DNA from: Parcubacteria group bacterium
Lineage (GTDB): Bacteria > Patescibacteriota > Minisyncoccia > Phycocordibacterales > DATDWN01
Assembly (NCBI GenBank): GCA_039740895.1
Contig: JBCLGS010000002.1
Coordinates: forward strand, 258 to 64,257
Reading direction: 5' to 3'
DNA: 64,000 bases
Shown here: piece after piece, positions 25,214 to 35,181 of the stretch
Position numbering within the stretch: position 1 is the stretch's first letter
Layout: every line of letters starts with the position of its first letter
Made by a program: the position numbers and the translations under genes
Notes under the pieces: model-generated
Seen by the model: the letters and a program-made list of their open reading frames with translations, nothing else
What the model was told of the DNA's origin: nothing
The model's database searches: none

Positions 25214-25852
25214 TTATTTTATGCAATTCTTACAAAAAGACTTTCTGTGGAGTTTTGACAAACCAAATTTCTTTATAGCTTCTCTGTGTTTTTTCGTTCC
25301 ATAACCTTTGTGTTCATGGAAACCATACTCTGGAAATTTTTTGTGGGATTTGACCATAATAGCGTCGCGAGAAACTTTTGCCAAAATACTTGCCCAAGCA
25401 ATAATCTGCTCCTTTTCATCACCTTTAATTATTGTTTTCTGATTTACAAATTCCTTCGGAGCTTTTAGCCCTCCATCAAGAAGAATCTGATAACTATCCA
25501 AGGACCGCTCTTGGATAACTTTTTTTATACCTTTCTCAATCGCATATTTAATAGCAAATGAAAGACCTTTTTTATCAATTATTGTATTTGAAATATGTAC
25601 AATCTGAATCTGCAGATGGTCCCCATCTGCAGATTCTGCAGATGGGGACCATCTGCAGATTTCATTTAAATAGTTTGAATACTTTTGACGGGATTCGAGA
25701 GAGAGTTTTTTGCTGTCTTTTCCCAGTGGTGGTAGGCGTTTGTCTTTCTTTAGTTTGGTATAAAACTTTGACTGACAAACAACCACACAGACTGAAACTG
25801 GACCCGCCAGTGGCCCTCTCCCAACTTCATCTATTCCGACAATATATTTCAT
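25214..25852 (-). CDS. rnhB: ribonuclease HII, carrying an in-frame palindromic insertion
   Basis: N-terminal GIDEVGRGPLAGPV RNase HII motif; two adjacent copies of CTGCAGATGG(TCC/GGGA)CCATCTGCAG at 25610-25659 encode SAESADGDHLQIQ inside the protein. Confidence 0.85.
   Translation of the reverse strand: MKYIVGIDEVGRGPLAGPVSVCVVVCQSKFYTKLKKDKRLPPLGKDSKKLSLESRQKYSNYLNEICRWSPSAESADGDHLQIQIVHISNTIIDKKGLSFAIKYAIEKGIKKVIQERSLDSYQILLDGGLKAPKEFVNQKTIIKGDEKEQIIAWASILAKVSRDAIMVKSHKKFPEYGFHEHKGYGTKKHREAIKKFGLSKLHRKSFCKNCIK
25610..25659. repeat. two abutting 23-bp perfect palindromes CTGCAGATGGTCCCCATCTGCAG inserted in-frame within rnhB; a third copy at 55335-55357 inside another gene
   Basis: Exact palindrome; the same 23-mer recurs within the CDS 55158..55556, in both cases encoding SADGDHLQ. 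Confidence 0.85.
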
Positions 25853-25880
25853 TTCGCTATTTTAGCATAAGAATTAAGAC

Positions 25881-26831
25881 CTATTTAGTCAGGTGTGGGC
25901 GCATACGGTCAATGTAGTAAGTGAGTGCTTCGTATGTTTGTGTTCCATCGTCTTTTAGAATTACATGAGCAATGATTCCCTTTTTTCCATTTTCATCTGT
26001 TTGGTCAAATATAAAATTGCCAAGTGAATAAAAAATGGTTTTACCTTTGTACACTTCAATTGGTTCTATAACATGAGGATGATGCCCAAAAATAACATCT
26101 GCTCCAGCATCTACAAGTGCGTGTCCTGTTTCTATTTGTTTTTGAGTTGGTAGAGCTAAATATTCTTCACCCCAATGAATATTTATCAAAACATAATCAT
26201 TCCTCTTTTTCAATTCCGTAATTTTCAAACCGATTTCAGATATGTTTGGATTTGAAAGTGTCATATCTATTCCCACAAGTGCTATGGTGTGACCTTTTAC
26301 AACAACCTCTTTTGTATTTTCAGCATTTTCAAATCCACCAAAACCAACTACCCCTGCCTCTTCCAAATATTTTTTAGTATCTTCAAAACCTTTCTGAAAA
26401 CAATCCATTGAATGATTGTTCGCCATGTTGACAGCATCAATACCATTTTTCTTCAAAAGAAATCCTGTGGTGGTAGCGAATTTAAACGAATATGCTTTAA
26501 CCTGACAATTTGTAGCATCTGTAATCGGACCCTCAAGATTTCCCATTACAAAATCCACTTTTACTTTAAAACTATTATTATTAAAATGTATAAATTCAAA
26601 AGGATTTGTGCCTTTGTTCATCGCCTGTTCCACCCCTCTGTCAAACATCATATCTCCGAGAGAGATAATGGAAATCCCTAAATCCTCTGTTTGATTATTT
26701 TTTATTACTAAAATAGACGCCCGCTCTATATCTGGCACTTTCTTAAAATCATCCTTGTTGTATATTAAATATGCCCACGATATCAACGCAAGAAATATAA
26801 CAAAACACACAGCTGGAAATCTCCAAGTCAT
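25881..26831 (-). CDS. CapA/PGA_cap-family metallophosphoesterase-like membrane-anchored protein
   Basis: Conserved blocks GNLEGPITD, VNMANNHSMD, GHHPHV and N-terminal TM anchor; start taken at MTWRF (the ORF extends to 26903, overlapping the dnaE start). Confidence 0.6.
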   Translation of the reverse strand: MTWRFPAVCFVIFLALISWAYLIYNKDDFKKVPDIERASILVIKNNQTEDLGISIISLGDMMFDRGVEQAMNKGTNPFEFIHFNNNSFKVKVDFVMGNLEGPITDATNCQVKAYSFKFATTTGFLLKKNGIDAVNMANNHSMDCFQKGFEDTKKYLEEAGVVGFGGFENAENTKEVVVKGHTIALVGIDMTLSNPNISEIGLKITELKKRNDYVLINIHWGEEYLALPTQKQIETGHALVDAGADVIFGHHPHVIEPIEVYKGKTIFYSLGNFIFDQTDENGKKGIIAHVILKDDGTQTYEALTYYIDRMRPHLTK

Positions 26832-26896
26832 TAGACTAATTTTAGCATAAAAAGCAACAGAGCTGAAAAGTAAAATCATGCTACAATTGTGGCAAC

Positions 26897-29800
26897 ATGA
26901 CATCCAAATTTACTCACCTACATACGCACTCACACTATTCCCTACTCAATGCTCTACCGAAAATTCCAGAGTTGGTAAAAACAGCCAAGAAAATGGGTAT
27001 GACTTCTCTTGCTTTGACTGACAATTGCAACTTATACGGAGCGATTGAATTCTATAAAGAATGTCGGAAACATGAAATCAAACCAATCATCGGTATTGAT
27101 GCCTATGTCGCCTATCGCTCACGGCACGACAAACAAGGTATCGACAAGGAGAGATATCGACTTGTGCTACTTGCAGAAAATGAAACCGGTTATAGGAATT
27201 TAATAAAACTGGTGACAGAGGCGCATCTAGAGGGTTTTTATTACAAGTCTCGTGTGGACAAAGAAATTTTGGAAAAATACCACGAAGGTCTTATCGCTAT
27301 AATTCCATCTTTTTCAAATGATATTTTACAATCATTAAGCACTTCACATGAGGAACAAGCTCTTGAAAGACTAAATTGGTATAAAAAAACTTTTGGAGAA
27401 AATAATTTTTTCATTGAAGTGACTCATCATCCTGAAATGAAAGGTCATACGGAAAAAATGGCTTTGATGATTGATTTTGCAAAAAGAACAAAAACTCAGG
27501 TAGTGGCAGCACATGATGTGTATTATCTTCTTCCAGAAGACAGGCTGGCTCGTGAGACACTAATGGCTGTGCAATCAAACGGTGATATTTCAGAAAAAAT
27601 TAATTCTGGAGATATTGATGATTTTTCTTTCATCTCCCCAGAACTAGCGAAAAAATATTTCAAAGATTTACCAGAGGCATTGGAGAACACGGAAAAAATC
27701 GCTGAGAGATGTAATTTCACACTAAAACTTGGTAGTTGGGTTTTTCCAAACTTCATTGTAGAAAGTGGTCTATCATACGACGATGAGCTTCGTAGGATGA
27801 CACTTCTGGGCATTGAAAAGCGTGGTCTCGAAAAAACGGATGAAGTGACGAAGCGTATGGAATATGAACTTAAGGTTATTAAAGATAAGGGTTACTCACC
27901 TTACTTTCTCGTGGTGTCTGACCTCCTAAAATTTGCTGATGAAAATGGAATCTTCACAAACATTCGAGGGTCTGTCGCAGGCTCCCTTGTCACCTACCTC
28001 TGTGGAATTACAAAAGTTAATCCTCTTGTTTACAAACTTCCGTTCGAGCGATTCCTAAATCCCGAAAGACCTTCTGCTCCCGATATCGACATGGATTACG
28101 CCGACAACCGTCGTGATGAAGTGATTGAATATGCCAGACGAAAATATGGAAATGATAAAGTGGCTCAAATAGGAACATTCGGCACCATGGCCGCTCGTGG
28201 CTCTGTCCGTGATGTGACGCGTGCAATGGGTCTTCCATACGGTACAGGAGACAATATCGCCAAATTAATACCTATGGGCGCTCAGGGTTTTCCCATGACT
28301 ATTGAGCGTGCAGTCAAAGAAGTTCCAGAACTAAAAGAGCTGTATAAAAAAGATGCCGATGTCAAAAAAATTATTGATATGGCAAAAAAAATTGAAGGTT
28401 CTGCTCGCCATATTTCTGTACACGCCGCTGGTGTGGTTATTTCCCCCACACCACTTACTGACTTCATTGCACTGCAATACGACACGAAAGGAGACAACAA
28501 AATTATTACTCAGTACGATATGTATGCTGTAGAGGACGCAGGTCTTTTAAAGTTTGACTTCCTTGGTATTAGAAACCTTTCCATTCTGGCTGATGCAGTA
28601 CATAGAGTTGAAAAAATTGAAGGAATTAAAATGGATATTGAAGCCATACCGCTAGACGACAAAAAAACTTTTGCCATGCTTGCTCGAGGAGAAACTATTG
28701 GTCTTTTTCAGCTCAACGGTGATGGTATGACACGATGGCTCAAAGAACTCAGACCCACGACAATTTTTGATATTAACGCCATGGTCGCACTTTATCGCCC
28801 TGGTCCAATGGAATGTATTCCTCAGTATATTGAGAGAAAACACAATCCAAAGCTCATCAAATTTCTTGATCCGAGAATGAAAAATATTTTGGACCAATCT
28901 TTTGGAGTTATTACCTACCAAGACGATGTTATGCTTATTGCTATTGAGCTAGGTGGGTATTCTTGGCTTGAAGCTGATAAGCTCCGAAAAGCCATGGGAA
29001 AGAAAATCCCAGCCGTGATGCAAGCTGAAAAAGAAAAGCTTCTGGCTGGTCTTATTAAGAACGGAATGACAGAAGCAAAGGCAAATGAGCTCTGGAAACT
29101 GATTGAGCCTTTTGCTGCGTACGGATTCAACAAAGCTCACGCCGCCAGCTATGGCAGAGTGTCGTATCAGACTTCGTACATGAAAGCCAACTTCCCTGCT
29201 ATATATATGTCTGCAGTACTTACGGCTGAGTCAGGCGATATAGAAAAAATCGCCGAAATAATCAACGAGTGTAAGCGTATGAATATTCCAGTTCTTCCTC
29301 CAGATATAAATCAATCATTCAGTGGATTTTCTGTTGTTAAGGGAAGTCAGATGAGCGAAGCGAAAACTGACGGACACTTAGGCACGATGTACTCATCGGA
29401 CAGTAACCACAAAAATTCTGCAGAAGAGATCCTTCTGCAAAAAAATTCAACTGAAAAAAAAGATTCCATCCGCTTCGGGCTTACTACTATCAAAAACTTT
29501 GGTGAAGGTATCGGGCAATCCATAATTACAGAAAGAAAAACAAATGGTGAATTCAAATCACTGTCAGATTTTTTACGAAGAATAAAAGATAAAAATTTAA
29601 ATAAAAAATCTCTTGAGTCACTTATCAAAGTTGGAGCGATGGATGCTTTTAGAGACAGAGCCACGCTCTTATTTAATTTGGAAAAATTACTTCAATTCAA
29701 CAAAGAGGAACGAAACAAAGAAAATGCTCAAGACTCACTTTTCGGATTACTCCCAACACACGACAGTAGTGAAGACATACATTTGGAAAAAGCTCCGGAA

Positions 29801-30187
29801 ACAAATCCGACCGACAGATTGGTCTGGGAAAAGGAACTTCTTGGTTTGTATATTTCTGGTCATCCACTAGACAGTTTCAAAAACAAACTTGAAGGAAGAG
29901 GTTTAGATATAAAAAAACTTAAGGAAACAGCTAAAGACAAACAGCCAATTGTTGTAGCAGGTATTATAGAAGAAGTCAGAGATGTAATGACAAAAAAAGG
30001 TGACAAAATGATTTTCATGCGACTAGCAGATTTGTCTGACTCTATTGAATGCGTGGTTTTTCCAAAAATATTTGAAGAATTTCAGGATATCCTAATCCCC
30101 GAGAGTTGCGTAGTGGTCAAAGGGTCTTTCTCTACAAGAAATGAGGGGAAGAGTATCGTGGTAGATAAATTAAAAGCGTTGGAGTAA
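26897..30187 (+). CDS. dnaE: DNA polymerase III alpha subunit
   Basis: 1096 aa; N-terminal PHP domain HLHTHSHYSLL, polymerase core blocks and C-terminal OB fold; low-complexity insert around residue 815-850. Confidence 0.95.
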   Translation: MTSKFTHLHTHSHYSLLNALPKIPELVKTAKKMGMTSLALTDNCNLYGAIEFYKECRKHEIKPIIGIDAYVAYRSRHDKQGIDKERYRLVLLAENETGYRNLIKLVTEAHLEGFYYKSRVDKEILEKYHEGLIAIIPSFSNDILQSLSTSHEEQALERLNWYKKTFGENNFFIEVTHHPEMKGHTEKMALMIDFAKRTKTQVVAAHDVYYLLPEDRLARETLMAVQSNGDISEKINSGDIDDFSFISPELAKKYFKDLPEALENTEKIAERCNFTLKLGSWVFPNFIVESGLSYDDELRRMTLLGIEKRGLEKTDEVTKRMEYELKVIKDKGYSPYFLVVSDLLKFADENGIFTNIRGSVAGSLVTYLCGITKVNPLVYKLPFERFLNPERPSAPDIDMDYADNRRDEVIEYARRKYGNDKVAQIGTFGTMAARGSVRDVTRAMGLPYGTGDNIAKLIPMGAQGFPMTIERAVKEVPELKELYKKDADVKKIIDMAKKIEGSARHISVHAAGVVISPTPLTDFIALQYDTKGDNKIITQYDMYAVEDAGLLKFDFLGIRNLSILADAVHRVEKIEGIKMDIEAIPLDDKKTFAMLARGETIGLFQLNGDGMTRWLKELRPTTIFDINAMVALYRPGPMECIPQYIERKHNPKLIKFLDPRMKNILDQSFGVITYQDDVMLIAIELGGYSWLEADKLRKAMGKKIPAVMQAEKEKLLAGLIKNGMTEAKANELWKLIEPFAAYGFNKAHAASYGRVSYQTSYMKANFPAIYMSAVLTAESGDIEKIAEIINECKRMNIPVLPPDINQSFSGFSVVKGSQMSEAKTDGHLGTMYSSDSNHKNSAEEILLQKNSTEKKDSIRFGLTTIKNFGEGIGQSIITERKTNGEFKSLSDFLRRIKDKNLNKKSLESLIKVGAMDAFRDRATLLFNLEKLLQFNKEERNKENAQDSLFGLLPTHDSSEDIHLEKAPETNPTDRLVWEKELLGLYISGHPLDSFKNKLEGRGLDIKKLKETAKDKQPIVVAGIIEEVRDVMTKKGDKMIFMRLADLSDSIECVVFPKIFEEFQDILIPESCVVVKGSFSTRNEGKSIVVDKLKALE

Positions 30188-30215
30188 AAAATCAAAATAT
30201 AATATAAAAAGAAAA

Positions 30216-30252
30216 CCGCCTCACCTGAGAAAACGACGAGGCGTTTCTCTTG
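30216..30252 (+). terminator. rho-independent terminator after dnaE (GCCTC..GAGGC stem + T-run)
   Basis: ccgcctcacctgagaaaacgacgaggcgtttctctt 30 bp after the dnaE stop. Confidence 0.45.
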
Positions 30253-30272
30253 GTGTGGCGGTTTGGGCAACT

Positions 30273-30659
30273 CTAGGAGACAGTTGCGAGGATCTTCGCC
30301 AAGATGGACTCGGCGTTGTCTATCCCTTTGTCAGCAAATGGTAATTTCATAAGCTTTCCTTTGGGAAAAGTGAAGTCGACTCCAAATTCTGGATGTCTCC
30401 CAATCTCCCTCAGAAAGCCATCGTCAACGGATACTGCTACAACTTTTGATTTCAGCGACCCAAGTCGCTTGAAATTTGAGACGTAGTCTGAACCACCCGT
30501 GAGGATGTTCATTCCTGAGAGAAAGAACAAGTCAATTGTTACACCCTCAGGAACATTGTCTTTGTGGCAGACGACCTTTTTGCCAAAATAGGCACGAAGG
30601 TTTTCTGCGATTGTGTCCGTGTGATAACTATCACGGACAAGAATGTGAATAAGGCTCAT
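30273..30659 (-). CDS. hypothetical protein, possibly a degenerate CheY-like receiver domain
   Basis: 128 aa; alternating hydrophobic beta/alpha pattern with ILVRD and IDLFFLSG reminiscent of receiver domains; weak. Confidence 0.2.
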   Translation of the reverse strand: MSLIHILVRDSYHTDTIAENLRAYFGKKVVCHKDNVPEGVTIDLFFLSGMNILTGGSDYVSNFKRLGSLKSKVVAVSVDDGFLREIGRHPEFGVDFTFPKGKLMKLPFADKGIDNAESILAKILATVS

Positions 30660-30754
30660 AGAGCCCTCCTTTTTTTATCTCCATTAGCAATTATATACCC
30701 TTTTTAACTAATTGTCAAGCATACACATAGCGAAAAAACTGTTATGATAAATAA

Positions 30755-32512
30755 ATGGAACAAACACAAATTCAACAAAATAGACACTCGCTCGCCCATT
30801 TATTAGCGGCTGCCATTTTAAAAATTTGGCCAGATGCATTACCCACTCTTGGACCTGCTATAGACACAGGTTTTTACTATGACTTTGATTTTAAGACCCC
30901 AATCTCGGATAAGGATTTTGAAAAGATAGAAAACAAGATGCGAGAAATTGCAAAAAAATGGAAAGGTTTTGAGAAAAAAGAAATTTCTATAGACGAAGCT
31001 AGAAAACTTTTTGCTGGAAATCCGTACAAACTAGAGCTCATTGAGGAAATTAATAAGAAAAAAGAATCAATCACTCTATACACATCCGGAACTGGCGACA
31101 CAGAATCCACTGACCTTTGTCGTGGAGGTCACACCGATGACATGGCAAGGACGGTCCTTGCCATGGGGTGGAAACTCGAACGAGTTGCTGGTGCATACTG
31201 GCGAGGTGACGAGAAAAACAAAATGCTCACTCGTGTTTATGGATTGGCTTTTGAGTCAAAAGAAAAATTAGAAGAATATATAAAACTTCGAGAAGAAGCG
31301 GAAAAACGAGATCATAAAAAAATAGGAAAAGAAATGGGTCTTTTCACTGTTTCGGATTTGGTCGGCAAAGGATTACCAATGTATCTTCCAAAAGGAAATA
31401 TAATCAGAACTGAATTGGAAAAAATGATCCGATATGAAAAAGAAAAACTTGGATATTCGTTTGTTACGATTCCACATATTGCTAGAAAAGAGTTGTACAT
31501 CCGTAGCGGTCATATGGGTAAATATGATGCAATGATGCCAACTATGACAGACGAAAATGGTGATGAGTTTGTAATGAAAGCTATGAATTGTCCTCACCAC
31601 TTTGAGATATACAATGCTGAGCAACATACATACAAGGACTTACCTCTTCGACTTGCCGAAAATACAACAGTATATCGAAACGAAAAAAGTGGTGAACTTT
31701 CTGGACTTTTGCGGGTAAAAAATCTTACACAAGATGACACTCACCATTTTATAAGACAAGACCAAATTCAATCAGAAATAAAAATGATTATTGGTCTAAT
31801 GCAAAAAGTTTATAGTATGTTTGGTTTTAATGATTACAAAGTTAAAATTTCAATCCGGGATCCAAAAAATAAAGAAAAATATTTTGGCAGTGATGAAGTC
31901 TGGGAAAAAGCTGAAGGAATTTTGATTGATGAAGTAAAAAAATGGGGTGTGAAATATAGTGTTGAAGAAGGTGAAGCCGCATTTTATGGTCCTAAAATTG
32001 ATATTGGGGTGAAAGACTCAATTGGTCGTGATTGGCAGTTAACGACTATCCAACTTGATTTCAACCAACCAGAAAACTTTGAAATGGACTATATCGGTGA
32101 TGATGGAAAAAAACATCGAGTGGTTGTTCTACATGTTGCCATCTTTGGATCATTTGAAAGATTTATGGGAATTATTATTGAACACTATGCCGGAAACTTC
32201 CCTGTTTGGCTTGCACCAGTACAAGTCAAAGTCATTCCTGTCAGAACAAGTCACAATGAATATGCTAAAAAGGTTTATGAGACACTTCGCGCAAATGACA
32301 TTCGCGCAGAGTTTGATGATGATGATGAAAACCTGGGTAAAAAAGTCCATGCTACAAAAAATGATAGAACTCCGTATTGGATTGTACTAGGTGATAAAGA
32401 GGTTGAGGCAAACACTGTCACACTCGAATCCCGTGACTCCGGTCAGCTCGGCCAGATGACGGTTAATGAACTTGTCGCAAAACTCACCACAGAGATTAAA
32501 GACAGAAAATAA
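30755..32512 (+). CDS. thrS: threonyl-tRNA synthetase (lacking N-terminal TGS domain)
   Basis: 585 aa; second additional domain HSLAHLLAAAI, class II core motifs and C-terminal anticodon-binding domain. Confidence 0.93.
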   Translation: MEQTQIQQNRHSLAHLLAAAILKIWPDALPTLGPAIDTGFYYDFDFKTPISDKDFEKIENKMREIAKKWKGFEKKEISIDEARKLFAGNPYKLELIEEINKKKESITLYTSGTGDTESTDLCRGGHTDDMARTVLAMGWKLERVAGAYWRGDEKNKMLTRVYGLAFESKEKLEEYIKLREEAEKRDHKKIGKEMGLFTVSDLVGKGLPMYLPKGNIIRTELEKMIRYEKEKLGYSFVTIPHIARKELYIRSGHMGKYDAMMPTMTDENGDEFVMKAMNCPHHFEIYNAEQHTYKDLPLRLAENTTVYRNEKSGELSGLLRVKNLTQDDTHHFIRQDQIQSEIKMIIGLMQKVYSMFGFNDYKVKISIRDPKNKEKYFGSDEVWEKAEGILIDEVKKWGVKYSVEEGEAAFYGPKIDIGVKDSIGRDWQLTTIQLDFNQPENFEMDYIGDDGKKHRVVVLHVAIFGSFERFMGIIIEHYAGNFPVWLAPVQVKVIPVRTSHNEYAKKVYETLRANDIRAEFDDDDENLGKKVHATKNDRTPYWIVLGDKEVEANTVTLESRDSGQLGQMTVNELVAKLTTEIKDRK

Positions 32513-32730
32513 TGAAAATTGTTTTCACTAATCATGCAAAATACCGAATTATGAAACGAGGTATTTCAGCAGTGTTAGTGAAAAATGTAATTAAAAATCC
32601 AGATAGCCAAAGCCTATCTGAAAATGGTATGATGGTAGTAAGAAAATCGATTGAAAGAAAAGTAATAGAAGTAGTGTATAAAGTGGACAGATCAAACTAT
32701 GTTATAATAACTGCATATTATGGAAATTAA
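32512..32730 (+). CDS. DUF4258-family protein (toxin-like)
   Basis: 72 aa; HAKYRIMKRGIS ... VVYKVDRSNYVIITAYY pattern of DUF4258; overlaps the next gene by 11 nt. Confidence 0.45.
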   Translation: MKIVFTNHAKYRIMKRGISAVLVKNVIKNPDSQSLSENGMMVVRKSIERKVIEVVYKVDRSNYVIITAYYGN

Positions 32731-32935
32731 TTACGACAAAACAGCAGATGCTGTTTACATAAGAATAAAGAAAGGAGTTGTTAAAAAAACAGCCCGTCTT
32801 GCTAATCTCGTACTCGCAGATATGGATAAAGATGGTAATGTGCTTGGTGTGGAGATACTCAATGCTTCACTAAAATTTTCAAAGAAAGAAATATCGAACT
32901 CTCTGTTTACAATACCAGTTTCAATAACTGCTTAA
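32720..32935 (+). CDS. DUF2283-family protein (antitoxin-like partner of DUF4258)
   Basis: 71 aa; YDKTADAVYIRI ... DMDKDGNVLGVEILNAS matches the DUF2283 pattern. Confidence 0.45.
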   Translation: MEINYDKTADAVYIRIKKGVVKKTARLANLVLADMDKDGNVLGVEILNASLKFSKKEISNSLFTIPVSITA

Positions 32936-32962
32936 AAAATATCCAGACAATGATTTTTTAAA

Positions 32963-35077
32963 TTATATATCCAATGTAGCGATTTTGGCGTTGGATTGTA
33001 TGAAGGATTTTCTGGCTGGCACATCAGAGCCCATCAGAATACCAAATACCTTGTCGGCAGCCACAGTACTATCAACTTTGACTTGAAGCAGAATTCGTCT
33101 AGCGGGATCCATTGTTGTTTCCCAAAGTTCTTCGGCGTTCATTTCTCCGAGACCTTTGTAGCGTTGTATGTTTACTTTTTGGTTTTTCGGTTTGTCACCT
33201 TTCTGCGAAGGACTAACCTTCGCAGAATCATCATCTTCATTGTTTAATTCTTCATCTACATTCTCTAGAGTATCTGATATATCAATGTTCATTACACTTC
33301 CATTATCCTTTTTGAAAGTTTCCATTTCTCCCTCAGTATAGACATAATGAATTTCCTTACCAATTTTTATTTTGAAAAGTGGGGGTTGAGCTATGTAAAC
33401 AAATCCGCCATCAATAAGTGGTCGGAAAAATCTATACAACAAAGTCAAAATAAGTGTACGAATATGAGCACCGTCCACATCGGCATCTGTTGCTATGATT
33501 ATTTTGTGATATCGAAGTTTTTCAATATTGAATGTGTCGCCAATCGCAGTGCCGAGTGCAAGAACCAAGTTTTTGATTTGTTCTGATTCAAGCATTCTAT
33601 CAAGTCGTGCTCTCTCAATGTTTAAAATCTTTCCTCGAAGCGGCAAAATGGCCTGAGTCTTTCGGTCGCGACCAGCTTTCGCTGTACCACCGGCAGAATC
33701 TCCCTCCACAATGAAGAGTTCTGAATCTGATGGTGAATTTGATTGACAGTCAGCTAGCTTTCCTGGAAGAGTCATTCCTTCGAGTGCCCCCTTGCGAAAT
33801 ACAGAGTCCTTAGCAGCTTTTGCTGCCTTGCGGGCTTTGAGTGCAAGCACCACCTTTCCTATGATGGCTCTGGCGTCTTCTGGGTTTTCTTCTAGAAAGT
33901 AATTAAAAGCCTCAGAAAAAACAGCATTAACTGATGCCTGTGCCTCCACAGTTCCGAGCTTAGCCTTTGTCTGGCCTTCAAATTGAATCTCTTGAAGCTT
34001 TATGGAAATTACCGCAGTCAAACCTTCGAGTACATCATCTCCAGTGAAGTTGTCATCACTTTCTTTAATCAAATTATTTTTTCGTCCATAAGCATTTAGC
34101 GTGCGAGTCAGAGCTGTTTTGAAACCAGTGACATGTGTTCCTCCTTCTGAGTTGTAAATGTTGTTTGCAAAAGGCAGTATACGAGATGAAATATCATCCA
34201 CATATTGTAGAGAAACTTCCACGGACTCCCATTCATTTGTTTTCTTTTCAATATAGAAAACATTTTTGTGAATTGGTTTGAAATCGTGATTGTAAAATTT
34301 CACAAGTGAGAGTAACCCCCCTTCAAAATAGAAAGACATACTTGGAATTTCTAAGCCGAGCTCAGCAAAAGAATCAGACAGTTTAAAAACATCGTCGTCT
34401 TTTATTTTTCCTGTATAAGCGCTAGCATCATTTATAGTAATATGTAAACCTTTAACTAAATATGCCTGCTGTCTTAAGTGGTCAATAACTTTATTGAAGT
34501 CAAAAATAATTTCAGGGAAGATTGCTTTGTCTGGTTCAAAAGTAACAATAGTACCTTTTAATTTTGTGTTTCCAATTTTCTTTACACTAGTTTTCTTTTT
34601 TCCTTGCGAATATTCTTGTACATAAATACCGCCATCTTTGTGAACGACAACCTTACAATAAATAGAAAGTGCATTCACCACTGATGCTCCCACTCCGTGT
34701 AAACCTCCGGAAACTTTGTAGCCACCCTCACCGCCAAATTTTCCTCCAGCGTGAAGTGTGGTCATAATAGTTTCAAGAGCAGAAACTTTTGTTTGTTTGT
34801 GTATATCAACTGGAATACCGCGACCGTTGTCTGTTACTCGAATACGATTACCAGGTAAAAGTGTTACCTCAATTTCATCAGCAAAACCACCCATGGCCTC
34901 ATCACGAGCGTTATCAAAAATTTCCCAAATAAGGTGATGCAGACCGTCTTGTCCCGTGGTACCAATGTACATTCCGGGTCGCTTTCTAACAGGCTCCAAA
35001 CCCTCCAGCACCTGGATCGCATCCGCTCCGTATCCGTCTCCATTCTTAACCTTCTTTTCTGCTTGTTTTTTAGCCAT
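32963..35077 (-). CDS. gyrB: DNA gyrase subunit B
   Basis: 704 aa; GHKL ATPase block, Toprim block and C-terminal GLGEMN motif; gyrA is not adjacent. Confidence 0.97.
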   Translation of the reverse strand: MAKKQAEKKVKNGDGYGADAIQVLEGLEPVRKRPGMYIGTTGQDGLHHLIWEIFDNARDEAMGGFADEIEVTLLPGNRIRVTDNGRGIPVDIHKQTKVSALETIMTTLHAGGKFGGEGGYKVSGGLHGVGASVVNALSIYCKVVVHKDGGIYVQEYSQGKKKTSVKKIGNTKLKGTIVTFEPDKAIFPEIIFDFNKVIDHLRQQAYLVKGLHITINDASAYTGKIKDDDVFKLSDSFAELGLEIPSMSFYFEGGLLSLVKFYNHDFKPIHKNVFYIEKKTNEWESVEVSLQYVDDISSRILPFANNIYNSEGGTHVTGFKTALTRTLNAYGRKNNLIKESDDNFTGDDVLEGLTAVISIKLQEIQFEGQTKAKLGTVEAQASVNAVFSEAFNYFLEENPEDARAIIGKVVLALKARKAAKAAKDSVFRKGALEGMTLPGKLADCQSNSPSDSELFIVEGDSAGGTAKAGRDRKTQAILPLRGKILNIERARLDRMLESEQIKNLVLALGTAIGDTFNIEKLRYHKIIIATDADVDGAHIRTLILTLLYRFFRPLIDGGFVYIAQPPLFKIKIGKEIHYVYTEGEMETFKKDNGSVMNIDISDTLENVDEELNNEDDDSAKVSPSQKGDKPKNQKVNIQRYKGLGEMNAEELWETTMDPARRILLQVKVDSTVAADKVFGILMGSDVPARKSFIQSNAKIATLDI

Positions 35078-35141
35078 ATTTTAGATATTTTTTGTAAATA
35101 ATGTAATCTACATTATAGCAAAAAAAACTATCAACAGCAAC

Positions 35142-35163
35142 CGAATTTGCCACCAGCAAATTT
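35142..35163. promoter_or_regulatory. second copy of the GAATTTGC-CACCA-GCAAATT palindrome in the divergent gyrB/pheS promoter region
   Basis: See 25040-25062. Confidence 0.4.
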
Positions 35164-35181
35164 TTTACATATACTGTCTTT

